64,000 nucleotides of DNA from Alphaproteobacteria bacterium (GTDB lineage: Bacteria; Pseudomonadota; Alphaproteobacteria; JAAXGF01), in contig CAUVXB020000001.1 in assembly GCA_963555825.3 (NCBI GenBank), forward strand, positions 384,001 through 448,000. The letters are read 5' to 3'. Shown piece by piece: positions 53,721-64,000 of this stretch. The position numbers were made by a program, and so were the translations under genes. Under the pieces are notes generated by a model. The model saw only the letters and a list, made by a program, of their open reading frames with translations. It ran no database searches and was not told where the DNA came from. Within the stretch, counting starts at the first letter, position 1; every line of letters begins with the position of its first letter.

Positions 53721-54242
53721 ATGGAAACCGTCGTTCAAGAATGGGTCGACCAGATCGTCGCCTTCGTGCCGCAGATTGGTTTTGCCCTGCTGATCTTCCT
53801 CGCCTTCTGGCTCGCCGCCAAGCTGATGCGCCGCGGCGTGCGGCTCGCGCTCGCCTCGCTCGGTGCCGACCGCCTCGAGGTCATCAAGCTACTCGCCAAC
53901 GCGGCGCACGCGGGCCTCATGGTGTTCGGCGCGATCACCGCGCTCGGCACCGTCGGCATCGACGTCACCGCGCTCGTCGCCTCGCTCGGGCTCGCCGGCT
54001 TCGGTCTCGGCTTCGCCCTGCGCGACGCGATCTCGAACGTGCTCGCCGGGGTGATCATTCTGATGTACCGGCCCTTCCGGGTCGGCGATCACGTCTCGAC
54101 CGGCGGCCACGAAGGCACCGTTGTGGGCATCGACCTGCGCTACACGACCATCGATTCGGACGAAAACCGCTACCTCATCCCCAACTCGAACCTGCTCTCG
54201 CGGCCGGTAATCCTGCCGCGCGCGGCGGCGGTCGCGGCATGA
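53721..54242 (+). CDS. short MscS family mechanosensitive channel
   Basis: GLAGFGLGFALRD..NVLAG..RPFRVGD, IPNS. Confidence 0.9.
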   Translation: METVVQEWVDQIVAFVPQIGFALLIFLAFWLAAKLMRRGVRLALASLGADRLEVIKLLANAAHAGLMVFGAITALGTVGIDVTALVASLGLAGFGLGFALRDAISNVLAGVIILMYRPFRVGDHVSTGGHEGTVVGIDLRYTTIDSDENRYLIPNSNLLSRPVILPRAAAVAA

Positions 54243-54370
54243 TCCGGGCGTAGCGGAAATTTTGCCTCACCGCGCGGGCCCATCGGGGTAGGCTTGTTGC
54301 GCCTGGATTGATGCAAGGGGGTGCCATGAACAGTGAACGCGGTTTTGCCGTCGATGTCGGGTGAGCCGAC

Positions 54371-56161
54371 ATGACGGCCGCGCAGGCGACGATCTTCGGC
54401 CTCTTGGCGGGCGTTCTGGTGCTCTTCATTTGGGGGCGTTGGCGTTACGACATCATCGCGCTGGCCGCGCTGCTCGTCGCCGTGGTCACCGGGCTGGTGC
54501 TTCCCGGTGACGCCTTCCTCGGCTTCGGCCACCCGGCGACGGTGACCGTCGCCATGGTGCTGATCATGTCGCGGGCGCTGTCGAACGCCGGCGTCATCGA
54601 CATGATCTCGCGCCATGTCAACCTCGCGGCCGAGCGGGTCATGCTGCAGATCGGCGCGCTGTCGAGCCTCGGCGCCGTGCTCTCGACGGTGATGAACAAC
54701 GTCGGCGCGCTGGCGCTTCTGATGCCGGTCGCCATGCAGGCGGCGGGCAAGGTCAAGCGATCGCCGGCGCTCCTCCTGATGCCGCTCTCCTTCGGCTCGA
54801 TCCTGGGCGGCCTGGTCACCATGATCGGCACGCCGCCCAACATCATCATCGCGACGTTCCGCGACAAATCGGCGGGCGAGCCGTTCGGCATGTTCGATTT
54901 CACGCCGGTCGGCGCCGTCGTCGCGCTGGTCAGCTTGGCCTTCGTCGCCACCGTCGGCTGGCGGCTGATCCCCGCGTCGCGGCGCAAGACGCTTTCGGCG
55001 GCCGAGCTATTCGACCTCGAGGACTATGTTTCCGAGGTCAGCGTGCCCGAAACTTCACCGATCATCGACAAGACGATGCTCGAGATCGAGGACATGATCG
55101 AGGACATCGACGCGCTCATCGTCGGCGTCATCCGCAAGGGCCGGCGCGGCTTCGGCGTCGCGCGCCGCGAGCCGGTCAAGGCCGGCGATTTTTTGGTCAT
55201 CGAGGCGTCGCCCGAGAACATCGACGGTCTGATCAAGGAGCTCGGCCTCGAGATCGTTGGCGTCGAGGGGCCCAAGACCAACCTGCTGGTCGCTGACGAC
55301 GTGGCGCTGATGGAGGCGGTGGTGCCGCCGCGCTCGCGCATCGAGCGGCGCAGCGCCAATCAGATGCGCCTGCGTCGCCGCTACGGCGTCAACTTGTTGG
55401 GTGTGTCACGGCAGGGCCGGCCGATCCGCCAGCGCATTCACTCCTTGGCGCTGCGGGCCGGCGACGTGCTGCTTTTGCAGGGCGACGCCGAGCGCCTGCC
55501 CGAGGTGATCGCCGCGATCGGCTGCCTGCCGCTCGCCGGGCGCGGGTTGCAAATGGGCCGCGGCCGCCAGGCGTGGTTCTGTGGCGGCCTGTTCATCGCG
55601 GCGATCGCTGCCGCGACCAGCGGGCTGATGTCGTTCCCGATCGCCATTTCGATCGCGGTCGCGGTGGTCGCCTTCCTCAAGGTCGTGCCGCCGCGCGAGA
55701 TCTACGAGAGCGTCGACTGGCCCGTGGTGGTCATGCTCGGCGCCATGATCCCGGTCGGCGAGGCGCTCGAGACGACCGGCGCCACCGGGCTGATCGCCGG
55801 CGGCATCGTCGATCTGGCGGGCGATGCCTCGCCGGTCGTCATCCTGGCGCTTTTGATGGTCGTCACGATGACGCTTTCGGACATCATGAACAACGCCGCG
55901 ACCGCCGTCGTCACCGCACCCGTCGCGGTCGCCATCGCCGATCAGCTGGGCGCCAACCCCGATCCCTTCCTGATGACCGTCGCGGTCGCCGCGTCTTGTG
56001 CGTTTCTGACGCCGATCGGCCACCAGAACAACATGCTCATCATGGGGCCGGGCGGCTATCATTTCGGCGACTACTGGCGCATGGGGCTGCCGCTCGAGGT
56101 GATCATCGTCTGCGTCTCGATCCCGATGATCCTGTGGGTCTGGCCGCTCTGGCCGCTCTAG
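54371..56161 (+). CDS. SLC13 family permease with TrkA-C domains
   Basis: MNNVG, IGTPPN, two RCK-C segments, FLTPIGHQNN. Confidence 0.92.
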   Translation: MTAAQATIFGLLAGVLVLFIWGRWRYDIIALAALLVAVVTGLVLPGDAFLGFGHPATVTVAMVLIMSRALSNAGVIDMISRHVNLAAERVMLQIGALSSLGAVLSTVMNNVGALALLMPVAMQAAGKVKRSPALLLMPLSFGSILGGLVTMIGTPPNIIIATFRDKSAGEPFGMFDFTPVGAVVALVSLAFVATVGWRLIPASRRKTLSAAELFDLEDYVSEVSVPETSPIIDKTMLEIEDMIEDIDALIVGVIRKGRRGFGVARREPVKAGDFLVIEASPENIDGLIKELGLEIVGVEGPKTNLLVADDVALMEAVVPPRSRIERRSANQMRLRRRYGVNLLGVSRQGRPIRQRIHSLALRAGDVLLLQGDAERLPEVIAAIGCLPLAGRGLQMGRGRQAWFCGGLFIAAIAAATSGLMSFPIAISIAVAVVAFLKVVPPREIYESVDWPVVVMLGAMIPVGEALETTGATGLIAGGIVDLAGDASPVVILALLMVVTMTLSDIMNNAATAVVTAPVAVAIADQLGANPDPFLMTVAVAASCAFLTPIGHQNNMLIMGPGGYHFGDYWRMGLPLEVIIVCVSIPMILWVWPLWPL

Positions 56162-56176
56162 CCGAGGGAGACGAGC

Positions 56177-56626
56177 ATGTCCGACCGCATGACCGCCTAT
56201 CGCGTCCGCTGCGACTGCGGCAACATCGAGATGACCTTCGAGACCGCCAAGACGCCCGAGACGCTCGGCGTGCGCGCCTGCGACTGTTCGTTCTGCGCGG
56301 CACGCAACTGCCGCTCGATCAGCGACCCCGACGGACGCGTGCAGATCCGCGTGCGCGACGCCGCCAAGCTCAGCCGCTACCGCTTCGGGCTGAAGACCGC
56401 CGATTTCCTGGTCTGCCGCGAGTGCGGCGCCTACACCGGCGCGTATTTCCCCGACGATGACCGCCGTGGCTACGCCATCATCAGCGCCAATTACCTGGAG
56501 AAACCGCACGGCTTCATCCAGGAAGCGACGCACATGGACTACGACGCCGAGACCGCCGAGGAGCGCCGTGCCCGCCGCCGTATACGCTGGACGCCGGTCG
56601 CGTCATTCACCGAGGGCGCGGGCTAG
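56177..56626 (+). CDS. GFA-like aldehyde-activating protein
   Basis: CDCG, CDCSFC, YRFG..TADFLVCRECG. Confidence 0.85.
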   Translation: MSDRMTAYRVRCDCGNIEMTFETAKTPETLGVRACDCSFCAARNCRSISDPDGRVQIRVRDAAKLSRYRFGLKTADFLVCRECGAYTGAYFPDDDRRGYAIISANYLEKPHGFIQEATHMDYDAETAEERRARRRIRWTPVASFTEGAG

Positions 56627-56650
56627 TCGGTGCGTGAACGCTCGGCAACC

Positions 56651-57616
56651 ATGACGCCCACCGCGATCGGCCAGACGGCCGAGGGGCCGGTGGTGTTGTG
56701 GCGCGATCTCGGCAATCTCGATCTGGATCAACCGTTCTTTCGCGGCGCGGTCGAGAGGGCGCAGCGCCTGTCGGGCGACCCGCAGGTCCCGTTCCGCGCC
56801 GCGCCACCGCTGCGCACCGGGCTGGACGCCTTGGCCGAGGCAGCCGCGGCCCGCTCCGGCCTGCCGCTCGCCGGCCTGATTTTCCACATGACCCATTGTG
56901 GTTCGACCCTGATCAGTCAGGCCCTGGGCAGCCTGCCCCAGGTCCTGGCGCTCGGCGAGCCGGAACCGGTCGGCGATCTCGCGACGCTCGCCGGGACGCT
57001 GCCGGCGGGGCAGGGGGCGGCGGCGTTGCGCAATCTCGTCGGCGTCCTCGGCCGCGCCCGGCGCGCGCCTCAGCGACACATGCTGATCAAGGCCTGGAGC
57101 CCCTTGGCGTGCCACCTTCCACTGTTCCGCGAGGCCTGTCCGGCGACGCCCTGGGTCTTCGTCTATCGCGACCCGGTCGAGGTTCTGGTCGCACTGCTCG
57201 AAAGCGGCGGCAGCCTCCTCGCGTTGCAGGGCGACGCCGCGCGGGCGGCGTCGCTGCTCGGGCTCGACGGCGACCGGTTGGATGCCATGACGGTGACGGA
57301 ATTCGCAGCCCAGGCATTGGCGCGCATTTGCGACGCGGTCGTGGCGGCGGCCGACGGCGCCTGTCTGGTGGTCGACTACGACAGCCTGCCCGCTGCGATT
57401 TGGCAGCGGATCGCGCCGCATTTCGGCATAGAATTGGATGCCGGCATGCGCGACCGCGTCGCCCAGGCGGCGGGCCGCGACGCCAAGAGCCTGGGTCGCG
57501 CCTTTCGTCCCGACGGCGCGGCCAAACGCGCTCGCGCGAGCGCCGAGGTTTGCGACGCCGCCCAGCGCTGGGTCGCACCGGCGTTTGAGCGTGTCCGCGC
57601 GTTGCCGCAGGCGTGA
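56651..57616 (+). CDS. sulfotransferase-fold protein
   Basis: IFHMTHCGSTL P-loop-like motif, EP, FVYRDPVEVL, DAK. Confidence 0.7.
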   Translation: MTPTAIGQTAEGPVVLWRDLGNLDLDQPFFRGAVERAQRLSGDPQVPFRAAPPLRTGLDALAEAAAARSGLPLAGLIFHMTHCGSTLISQALGSLPQVLALGEPEPVGDLATLAGTLPAGQGAAALRNLVGVLGRARRAPQRHMLIKAWSPLACHLPLFREACPATPWVFVYRDPVEVLVALLESGGSLLALQGDAARAASLLGLDGDRLDAMTVTEFAAQALARICDAVVAAADGACLVVDYDSLPAAIWQRIAPHFGIELDAGMRDRVAQAAGRDAKSLGRAFRPDGAAKRARASAEVCDAAQRWVAPAFERVRALPQA

Positions 57617-57634
57617 GATTGGGGAGCCATCGAC

Positions 57635-58189
57635 GTGACCGAGATGATCTATGGCGTGAAGGTTAAACAGGGGCTGTTCTCGGCCGATGAATGCGCCCGG
57701 CTGATCGCGCTCGATTATCCCATGGAGCCATCGCAGGTCTCCGATGCCGGCCCTTCCGACGTCGTCAACCCGACCGGTAAGACGGCTGAATACAAGCTCT
57801 TGCCGCTCGAGCCCGCGACCGAATGGATCTATCAGCGCCTCTCGCAAATTCTCCAGGCGAGCGGCGCCTTCGGCTTCGCGGTCGAAGAGATCAGTGCGTC
57901 CCTCAAGGTCCAGAAGTACGCGCCAGGCGGCTTCCACGCCTGGCATACCGACATCGGCAATCCGAAGAACACGCGGCGCAAGATCGCCATCTCGGCGCAG
58001 CTCTGCGGCCCGGACGACTACGACGGTGGCGAATTGCAGTTCTTCGACCACCCCGATCCGGTGGTCGGGCCGAAGGATAAGGGCTGCGCCATCTTCTATC
58101 CGGCCTTCCTGCCGCACCGCGTCACCGAGGTCACGCGTGGCACGCGCTACGCCCTGACCGCCTGGTGCCTGGGGCCGCCGTTCAAATAG
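57635..58189 (+). CDS. 2OG-Fe(II) oxygenase (prolyl-4-hydroxylase/PKHD-like)
   Basis: WHTD, YDGGEL, HRVTEVTRGTRYAL. Confidence 0.9.
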   Translation: MTEMIYGVKVKQGLFSADECARLIALDYPMEPSQVSDAGPSDVVNPTGKTAEYKLLPLEPATEWIYQRLSQILQASGAFGFAVEEISASLKVQKYAPGGFHAWHTDIGNPKNTRRKIAISAQLCGPDDYDGGELQFFDHPDPVVGPKDKGCAIFYPAFLPHRVTEVTRGTRYALTAWCLGPPFK

Positions 58190-58201
58190 GCCGGTCGTGT
58201 T

Positions 58202-58339
58202 TACGTATAATTCGATCGATTGCCGTCGATCGGATAATGCCAGCCCGCGACTGCGGGCCGCCGCCCCTGCGGCGAAAGCATGCGCGGCGATTGAGCGCAG
58301 GTCATCTTTACAGCGTAAAGGTGACCGCACAATGAGCTA
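58202..58339 (-). repeat. MITE-like intergenic repeat, copy 3 (internally shortened)
   Basis: Shares ATGCCAGCCCGCG and GCATGCGCGGCGATTGAGCGCAGGTCA.CTTTAC..GTAAAGGTGACCG with copy 2. Confidence 0.8.
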
Positions 58340-58918
58340 CTCGGCTACGACCTTCTCGGCAAACACCAGAAAGCGCAGCGGGCCGCCGGTGGTCAGCGCT
58401 TCGAACGGGTAACACGTCGCCAGGACGAGCCTTGGGACTTCGCCAACGGGGTCGAGGCGGGTGCTGCGCGAATCGACGATGTCGGTGGCGGTGACGCGAA
58501 AGCGATGCGTCGTGCCGAACCGGTCCTCGACCAGGATATCCTCGCCCGGCGCGATGTCTTTTAGGAAGCGGAAATGGGTGTCGCGGTGGCCGCCGATGAT
58601 GGCGGTGCCGGGTTGACCGGGCAGCACCGAGCCGTCGACATGGCCCGGCCCCCAGGCCAGCGTGCGGCCGCTGCCGCCGGCCAGCGCGGTGATCCGCTTG
58701 CCGTGCGTTGGCACGGTGATGCGCGCGACCGGCCAGGTATCGGCCCAGGGCCACGGCTTGGCCCTGTGCTCGCCGTCGAGCGTGCGCGCCCAGGCGCCGT
58801 CGATCAGCGCCTGGCCGAGCCAGGCCTTGGCGTGGATGTAGCCGGCCTCGGCGAACTGCCATACGCCGAGCGCGATGAACAGCGCGCCGAGGCCGGTGGC
58901 GAGGCGTCGGCGCGCCAT
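58337..58918 (-). CDS. class GN (marine proteobacterial) sortase
   Basis: HAKAWLGQALI, PWPWADTWP, GHRDTHF, LATCYPF..R. Confidence 0.93.
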   Translation of the reverse strand: MARRRLATGLGALFIALGVWQFAEAGYIHAKAWLGQALIDGAWARTLDGEHRAKPWPWADTWPVARITVPTHGKRITALAGGSGRTLAWGPGHVDGSVLPGQPGTAIIGGHRDTHFRFLKDIAPGEDILVEDRFGTTHRFRVTATDIVDSRSTRLDPVGEVPRLVLATCYPFEALTTGGPLRFLVFAEKVVAE

Positions 58919-61185
58919 CAGGCCCGGCGCCGCCACACACCGAGGACCGTCAGGCCGAGCAGCACGAGCGCCACGCCCGCCAGCAGATGCATCGGCGCCG
59001 GCGTCGCGCCCTGGGGCAGCCCGAGACCCGTCACCACGCCGATCTGGGCCGGCGGCTTGGCCGCGACCATTGCCATCGGTTCCATTTCCGCCGACATTGA
59101 GGACGCGTTCGTCTGGGGCGAGCTGGCGTCCTGCTGGTCGGGCGCCTTCAGCTTGAGCGCCTCGCCGAACACCTTGTCGAACTCCCAGCCCTCGGGCAGG
59201 TTGGTCGGCATCTCCTGGCTCGATAAGGGCTGGTCGAGTGGCCGCGTTGGCGTCACGTCGACGGCCACCAAACTGGTGTATTTGGTCACCAGATGGTGCT
59301 TGAGGCCGAGCGTGACGACACCGGCGCGTACCAGGGCCGGGTCGGCACCCTCGTGCAACTGGTTCATCAGCCGATCGATGCGGTCGCGCGCCCACAGGTT
59401 CGCGGTGCCCGGCGCCGGCGCGCTGTCGGCAAGTTCCAGCTCGGCGCGCCAGCCCTGTTGGCCGATGCGGCCGGTGATCGCAATGCCGCCCTGCAGGGCG
59501 CCGACCCTGGCGGTCAACACGACGGGCTCGCCGGCGTAGAGGTCGGGCACGATAGCGGTTGATGTCTCGGCCTCGATGCCGTCCGGCCAGGTGATCTTGA
59601 GGTCGGTCAGTACCGGCCTCTCGAGCTTGGCGAACAGCTCGCCCATACGCTCGGCGACCTCGTCGATCTGGCCGATATAGGTGAAGGTGCCACGGCCGAC
59701 TTCCGCCGCCTTCGACATGAAGAAACTGTTGGGCGCCGAGCCGATGCCGACGGTGAACAGACGGCTGTCGCCCAGCCCCGCCTCGATGACGCCGAACAGC
59801 TCGCGCTCGTTGCCGACCGCGCCGTCGGTCAGGAAGACGATCTGACGGAAGAAGCCGCGCGGCGCCGTGCCGGCCAGCGCCTGGTGTAGCGCCGGGCGCA
59901 TGTTGGTGCCGCCGTCGGCGGTCAGGCGCTGGACATAGCGCTTGGCCTGACGGCGCGTCTGCGCGTCCATCGTGCGGGCGTCGCGGTAGAGCGACGAGGT
60001 GTTGTTGTTGAACTGGATGACGTTGAAGCGGTCACCCGGCGCCAATCTGTCGAGCGCCATCCCGAGAGCGGCTTTGGCCTGGCTGATCGAGGTGCCCGCC
60101 ATCGAGCCCGAGGTGTCGATCACGAAGATCACCTCGCGTGGCAGAGTGGGCGCCTCGTCGCCGGCCGGCGCGATACTCGGCGGCATCACCATCAAGAGCA
60201 GGTAGTGTTCACCGTCGAGTGCCTCGGTGAACAGCCCGGCGCCCGGCGCCGCGCCGACGACCGGCGTCCAGACCAGCTCGAAATCGCGATCGGCGGGCAC
60301 CGCGCCGTCCTTCAGCTCGACGACGTACTCGTTGCCCGCCTGCTCGGTCACGGTGACGTCGTGATAGGGGCTCGCGACGTCGGCGAGCGGGAAGCCAGGC
60401 GCCAGCGTAATTCGCAGGTGCACCGGGTTGATCTTGCCGAACTCGGGGCGCAGCACCGGCGGCGTGATGCGGTCGGCGTCGGGCACCCGGTCGGTGCCGG
60501 CCAGCCAGCCGGCGCCCGAGCCGTCGTAACTGACGACCTGGACGTTGCCGGGGATGTAGCGCGGCCCGATGACCATCGGGAAGCGCAGGCTGAAAGCGCC
60601 CTGGTCGTAGCGCAGCACGTGCTGGTATTCGATGTCGATGGTGACCTCCTCGCCGGGGCCGATGTTGGCGATCGAGGTGGTGAAGATGTTGGGCCGCTCG
60701 CCTTCCAGCAGGCCGGCCTTCTTGCCCTCGCTCTTGGCCTGCTCGTAAACGCGCCGCGCCTCCTCGCGCTCCTTGATCTGGCCCTCGATGACGCGATCGC
60801 CGACGCGCAGCAACAGGTGGTCGACGGCGGCGTTCTCGGGCAGCGGGAAGACGTAGATGCCTTCGACCCAGCCCTGGCTGGGGTTGAAGAAGGTCTGGCT
60901 GACGCGGGCGCGCGCGACCAGGCCGCCGACCGTGATCTCGACGTTCGCCGCGACGCGCGGCGCGAGCAGCAGCGACTGGCTCTCGTCGTCGACGATCAAC
61001 AAGCTGCCGCGCCCGATGTCGTCGAGCTTAGCCGACGGCAGGATCTCGGCGAGCGCGAGGACCGGCTGGCCCTGCGCGGCGCCGACGCTCTGGGCCGCCA
61101 TCGCGGTACAAAAAAACGCCGCCAGCATGATGGCTGCGGCGTGGATGAAGCGGCTACGGACTCGTGACGTCAATACGGCGGCCAT
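58918..61185 (-). CDS. marine proteobacterial sortase target protein (VIT + vWA)
   Basis: VIT (EGIYVFPLPE), vWA DTSGSM / LTDG, C-terminal LPQGATPA + TM + RRR. Confidence 0.92.
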   Translation of the reverse strand: MAAVLTSRVRSRFIHAAAIMLAAFFCTAMAAQSVGAAQGQPVLALAEILPSAKLDDIGRGSLLIVDDESQSLLLAPRVAANVEITVGGLVARARVSQTFFNPSQGWVEGIYVFPLPENAAVDHLLLRVGDRVIEGQIKEREEARRVYEQAKSEGKKAGLLEGERPNIFTTSIANIGPGEEVTIDIEYQHVLRYDQGAFSLRFPMVIGPRYIPGNVQVVSYDGSGAGWLAGTDRVPDADRITPPVLRPEFGKINPVHLRITLAPGFPLADVASPYHDVTVTEQAGNEYVVELKDGAVPADRDFELVWTPVVGAAPGAGLFTEALDGEHYLLLMVMPPSIAPAGDEAPTLPREVIFVIDTSGSMAGTSISQAKAALGMALDRLAPGDRFNVIQFNNNTSSLYRDARTMDAQTRRQAKRYVQRLTADGGTNMRPALHQALAGTAPRGFFRQIVFLTDGAVGNERELFGVIEAGLGDSRLFTVGIGSAPNSFFMSKAAEVGRGTFTYIGQIDEVAERMGELFAKLERPVLTDLKITWPDGIEAETSTAIVPDLYAGEPVVLTARVGALQGGIAITGRIGQQGWRAELELADSAPAPGTANLWARDRIDRLMNQLHEGADPALVRAGVVTLGLKHHLVTKYTSLVAVDVTPTRPLDQPLSSQEMPTNLPEGWEFDKVFGEALKLKAPDQQDASSPQTNASSMSAEMEPMAMVAAKPPAQIGVVTGLGLPQGATPAPMHLLAGVALVLLGLTVLGVWRRRA

Positions 61186-61780
61186 GAACGCCCCCTTAGT
61201 TGCGGCGGCGTCGGTCTTGGCGTTCAGCCCGACCGGGCCCCCTGGTGAACGTGGCGAGGCGAAGGCTGACACGACAATGGGGCGTCAAATCGGACAGAAT
61301 GTGACGAAGTCGCGATAGATCACGGCGAAATTGCGTCCGCGCGGACCGATGCGTGGTGGCGTATTTGCGCTATCATGCGACGGCGGACGACACGACGATC
61401 TACCGTCAGGGGAGGGTCGGATGGCATTGCATTTCAGCCGCGAGGAATTCGCCGAACGGCAGCGCAAGGCGAGCGCGGAGATGGCGGCCCAGGGGCTCCA
61501 CGGCCTGCTGATCTTCCGTCAGGAGAGCATGTATTACCTGACCGGCTACGACACCGGCGGTTTCTCGATGTTCCAGGGCATGTATCTCGGCGCCGACGGT
61601 GCGCTCGGTCTCGTGACGCGCTCGCCCGACCGCACCCAGTCGCGCATAACATCGGTCATCGAAGACGTGCGCATCTGGGTCGACAGCGAGGACGCCAACC
61701 CGGCCGAGGACGTCCGCGACATGCTCGGCGACTACGGCTGTCGCGGCCGGCGCATCGGCGTCGAATACCACGCCTACGGC

Positions 61781-63434
61781 GGGTGCGAGTCTCGCATGGC
61801 AGTGATGTCTGCGGCTTGGTTCGTTGAGTTCAGGCAGCGATTGCCATGGCTGCTGCACGTGGACTGATGTTGTCGTTGGCCGGTGTGTCGGTTGCGCTGA
61901 TCAGGGCCTTCCATGCCCGCTCGAAGCGGCCGGATTTGATCAGGGCGCGGAAGGTCAGAACAGCCTGTCCGCCGACGATCCGCCAGCGCATGCCGGAGCG
62001 CTTCATGCGCTGTGTCACCAGGGTCTTGTTGGCAGCTTCGACCACGCCTGAGCCGATGGCGATGCCCTCTTCCTTCAGGGCGTGGTAGCGCATGCGATGG
62101 CGATGCTTGCGGAAGAAGGCGAGTTCCCGCTCGGTCTCGGCCCGGTCCGGCGCAGCGGCGGCATCGCGAAGGTGGCGCAGCGCCCGGATCACCTTGGCGA
62201 CGCCACGGGGATCGTGACGGAGGATCTCGCGGTACTTCTCGAACCAGCCGGGCGCCACGGCATGGTCGGACGCGGTTTGCAGATGTTCGCAAGCATGCCA
62301 GAAGTCGATCACCTCGGTTTCGGGCGACAGGGTCTCCAGGAAGGTCCAGTTGTCGGCGGCGCCATCGGCGATAGCGACGATCCCGATCTCGGGGCGTGCT
62401 CGCCTGATGTGTGCGACTTCGCTTGCAAGCTGCGCCTTCAGCGTGAGCTTGCCGCTCTCCGGCATGCGGCCGAGATAGAGGGTCTTCAGGCGCTTGCCCT
62501 CGGCGTCGTGGAAGGAGACCGTGCCGCAGGCAGCCTCGCGCCAGGAGGCCTTGGCGCGACCGTCCTCGCCGGGTCTCAGCGGCACCATGACGCCGTCGAG
62601 GGAGACCGAGGCGGTGGTCGCGTCCTGCGGTATGCCCTCGGCCTCACGGATGCTGCCCAGCGTCTCCGGGCCGAGGCTCTCCCAGCATTCGTGCATGCTC
62701 AGGGTCAGGCGCTGCAGGGTGCTCACCGACGGCGTCATGGCGCCGGTCTTCGCAAAGAACGCCGCCGCTTCCCGGGCCGTGCAGTGACCCATCATCAGCA
62801 GACCGAGCTCGGCCGCCGGCCGCGTCAGGTAATCGTCGACGAGGCCCAGGCTCTCGTCGACCGGCACCGGCGATGCCCCGCTCGCGCCGCTGCGGTAACG
62901 CGCTCGCCGGTAGGTCACCGGACCGAGCGAGGTCATGATCGTCTTCGGCGTCACCGCGACCCGGAACCAGCTCTGCCCGTCCCGCTCGATCCGGGAAGCG
63001 CCATCGTCCCGGTTCTCGATGACGGCGCCCATGACATCGCGAGCGAACTCGTTCGTGGCCTCACGCACCCGCAACTCGACCTCCTCGGGCGCCTCGGGGC
63101 GCGGCTCGGAACGAAGCTCCTCGCGACACAGTGCGAGCACCCGGGCGGCCGCCTCGACGACCCGAGGAGGCAGGCCGGAAAGATCGATGGACGAAGGCGC
63201 CGGAGGCGGGGATACTGCCATGGGAATGCTCCCGATGTTGGGTTTCGAGACACGGCATCGTACCGCTTCTGGCGGTGCGGAGCGTTCCCACCTTCCCCTG
63301 CTCGACCCTGCCGTCGTAACAAAATCCTGCCTTGGAGCGGCCCATTGTCACGAATAGCCGATTTCGGCCGTTCGTCTCGACACAAAAAACGCACTAAATC
63401 AATGACTTAGATTTTCCATACCAGACCCACACCC
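61781..63434 (-). mobile_element. ISKra4-family insertion sequence, copy 2
   Basis: Same 1654-bp length and IRs as copy 1; 8-bp target duplication CCTACGGC. Confidence 0.93.
61830..63221 (-). CDS. ISKra4 family transposase
   Basis: Matches copy 1 except ESLG versus ESPG. Confidence 0.92.
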   Translation of the reverse strand: MAVSPPPAPSSIDLSGLPPRVVEAAARVLALCREELRSEPRPEAPEEVELRVREATNEFARDVMGAVIENRDDGASRIERDGQSWFRVAVTPKTIMTSLGPVTYRRARYRSGASGASPVPVDESLGLVDDYLTRPAAELGLLMMGHCTAREAAAFFAKTGAMTPSVSTLQRLTLSMHECWESLGPETLGSIREAEGIPQDATTASVSLDGVMVPLRPGEDGRAKASWREAACGTVSFHDAEGKRLKTLYLGRMPESGKLTLKAQLASEVAHIRRARPEIGIVAIADGAADNWTFLETLSPETEVIDFWHACEHLQTASDHAVAPGWFEKYREILRHDPRGVAKVIRALRHLRDAAAAPDRAETERELAFFRKHRHRMRYHALKEEGIAIGSGVVEAANKTLVTQRMKRSGMRWRIVGGQAVLTFRALIKSGRFERAWKALISATDTPANDNISPRAAAMAIAA

Positions 63435-64000
63435 CCTACGGCCTGACGGCACAGCGCGGCAAGATGGTCGACGCGGCGCTCGATGGATTCTGCGAGGTGG
63501 TCGACGCGTCCGATCTGGTGCGCCTGCAGCGCCTGGTCAAAAGCCCGGCCGAACTGGCCTATGTGCGGCGCTCGGGCGCGCTGGCCGACGAAGCGCTCGC
63601 CATTGCCAACCGCATGACCGTGCCGGGCGAGGCGAACGGCGCGGGTCTATGGCGAGATGATGAATGCGATGATGCGCGGCGACGGCGACCCGACGGCGAG
63701 CCGCTGGCCGATGGGCTGCGGCGAGGAGGCGATGCTGGTGCGCTACCACACCGGCCACGGCAATGTCGGCGCCCAAGACCAGGTGACCTTCGAGTTCGCC
63801 GCGTCCTACCGCCACTACCATACGGCGTTGATGCACGTCGTCCTGACCGGCGAGGCCGATGCGCGCCAGGCCGACATGCTGGCGGCCTGCATCGCGGCGC
63901 TCGATGCCTGCCAGGACGCGCTCAAGCCGGGTGCGACGGTCGGCGGAATATTCGACGTCCACGCCCGGGTGATGACCGAGATGGGGCAGGGCGCCAACAC

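Larger units (their letters stand above)
61421..64000 (+). pseudogene. M24 Xaa-Pro peptidase-like gene, disrupted by ISKra4 and a frameshift; runs off the window
   Basis: MALHFSREEF..QESMYYLTGYD..HAYG|IS|LTAQRG..RLVKSPAE; an extra base near 63642 shifts the frame before VYGEMM..RYHTGH. Confidence 0.85.

Overview
GC-rich chromosomal window, probably from an alphaproteobacterium (Rhodospirillales-like gene content; inference). It carries about 50 housekeeping or accessory genes and 10 insertion sequences from six families (3 IS630, 2 IS1182, 1 IS110, 2 ISKra4, 1 IS1595, 1 IS1380), roughly 14 kb or 22% of the window. Near-identical IS copies and several doubly hit pseudogenes (PhoD, a metallophosphoesterase, an M24 peptidase) point to recent IS expansion and genome decay. 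The most interesting items are: (1) an operon pairing a MerR-HTH/PAS-like/class III adenylate cyclase with a GAF-HD-GYP phosphodiesterase, with a perfect 14-bp palindrome upstream; (2) an IS110 whose non-coding left end has 8-nt matches to both its reconstructed target and its own donor end (candidate bridge RNA); (3) a three-copy 140-175-bp MITE-like repeat whose ends supply the stop codons of neighbouring genes; (4) an unexplained TWATACCAAGNMTCA motif present four times; (5) an exported pseudo-caspase with a long E/R/A repeat helix. Also present: an AmmeMemoRadiSam locus, scattered ectoine-related genes and a class GN sortase/target pair. All calls come from motif recognition; no database searches were run.
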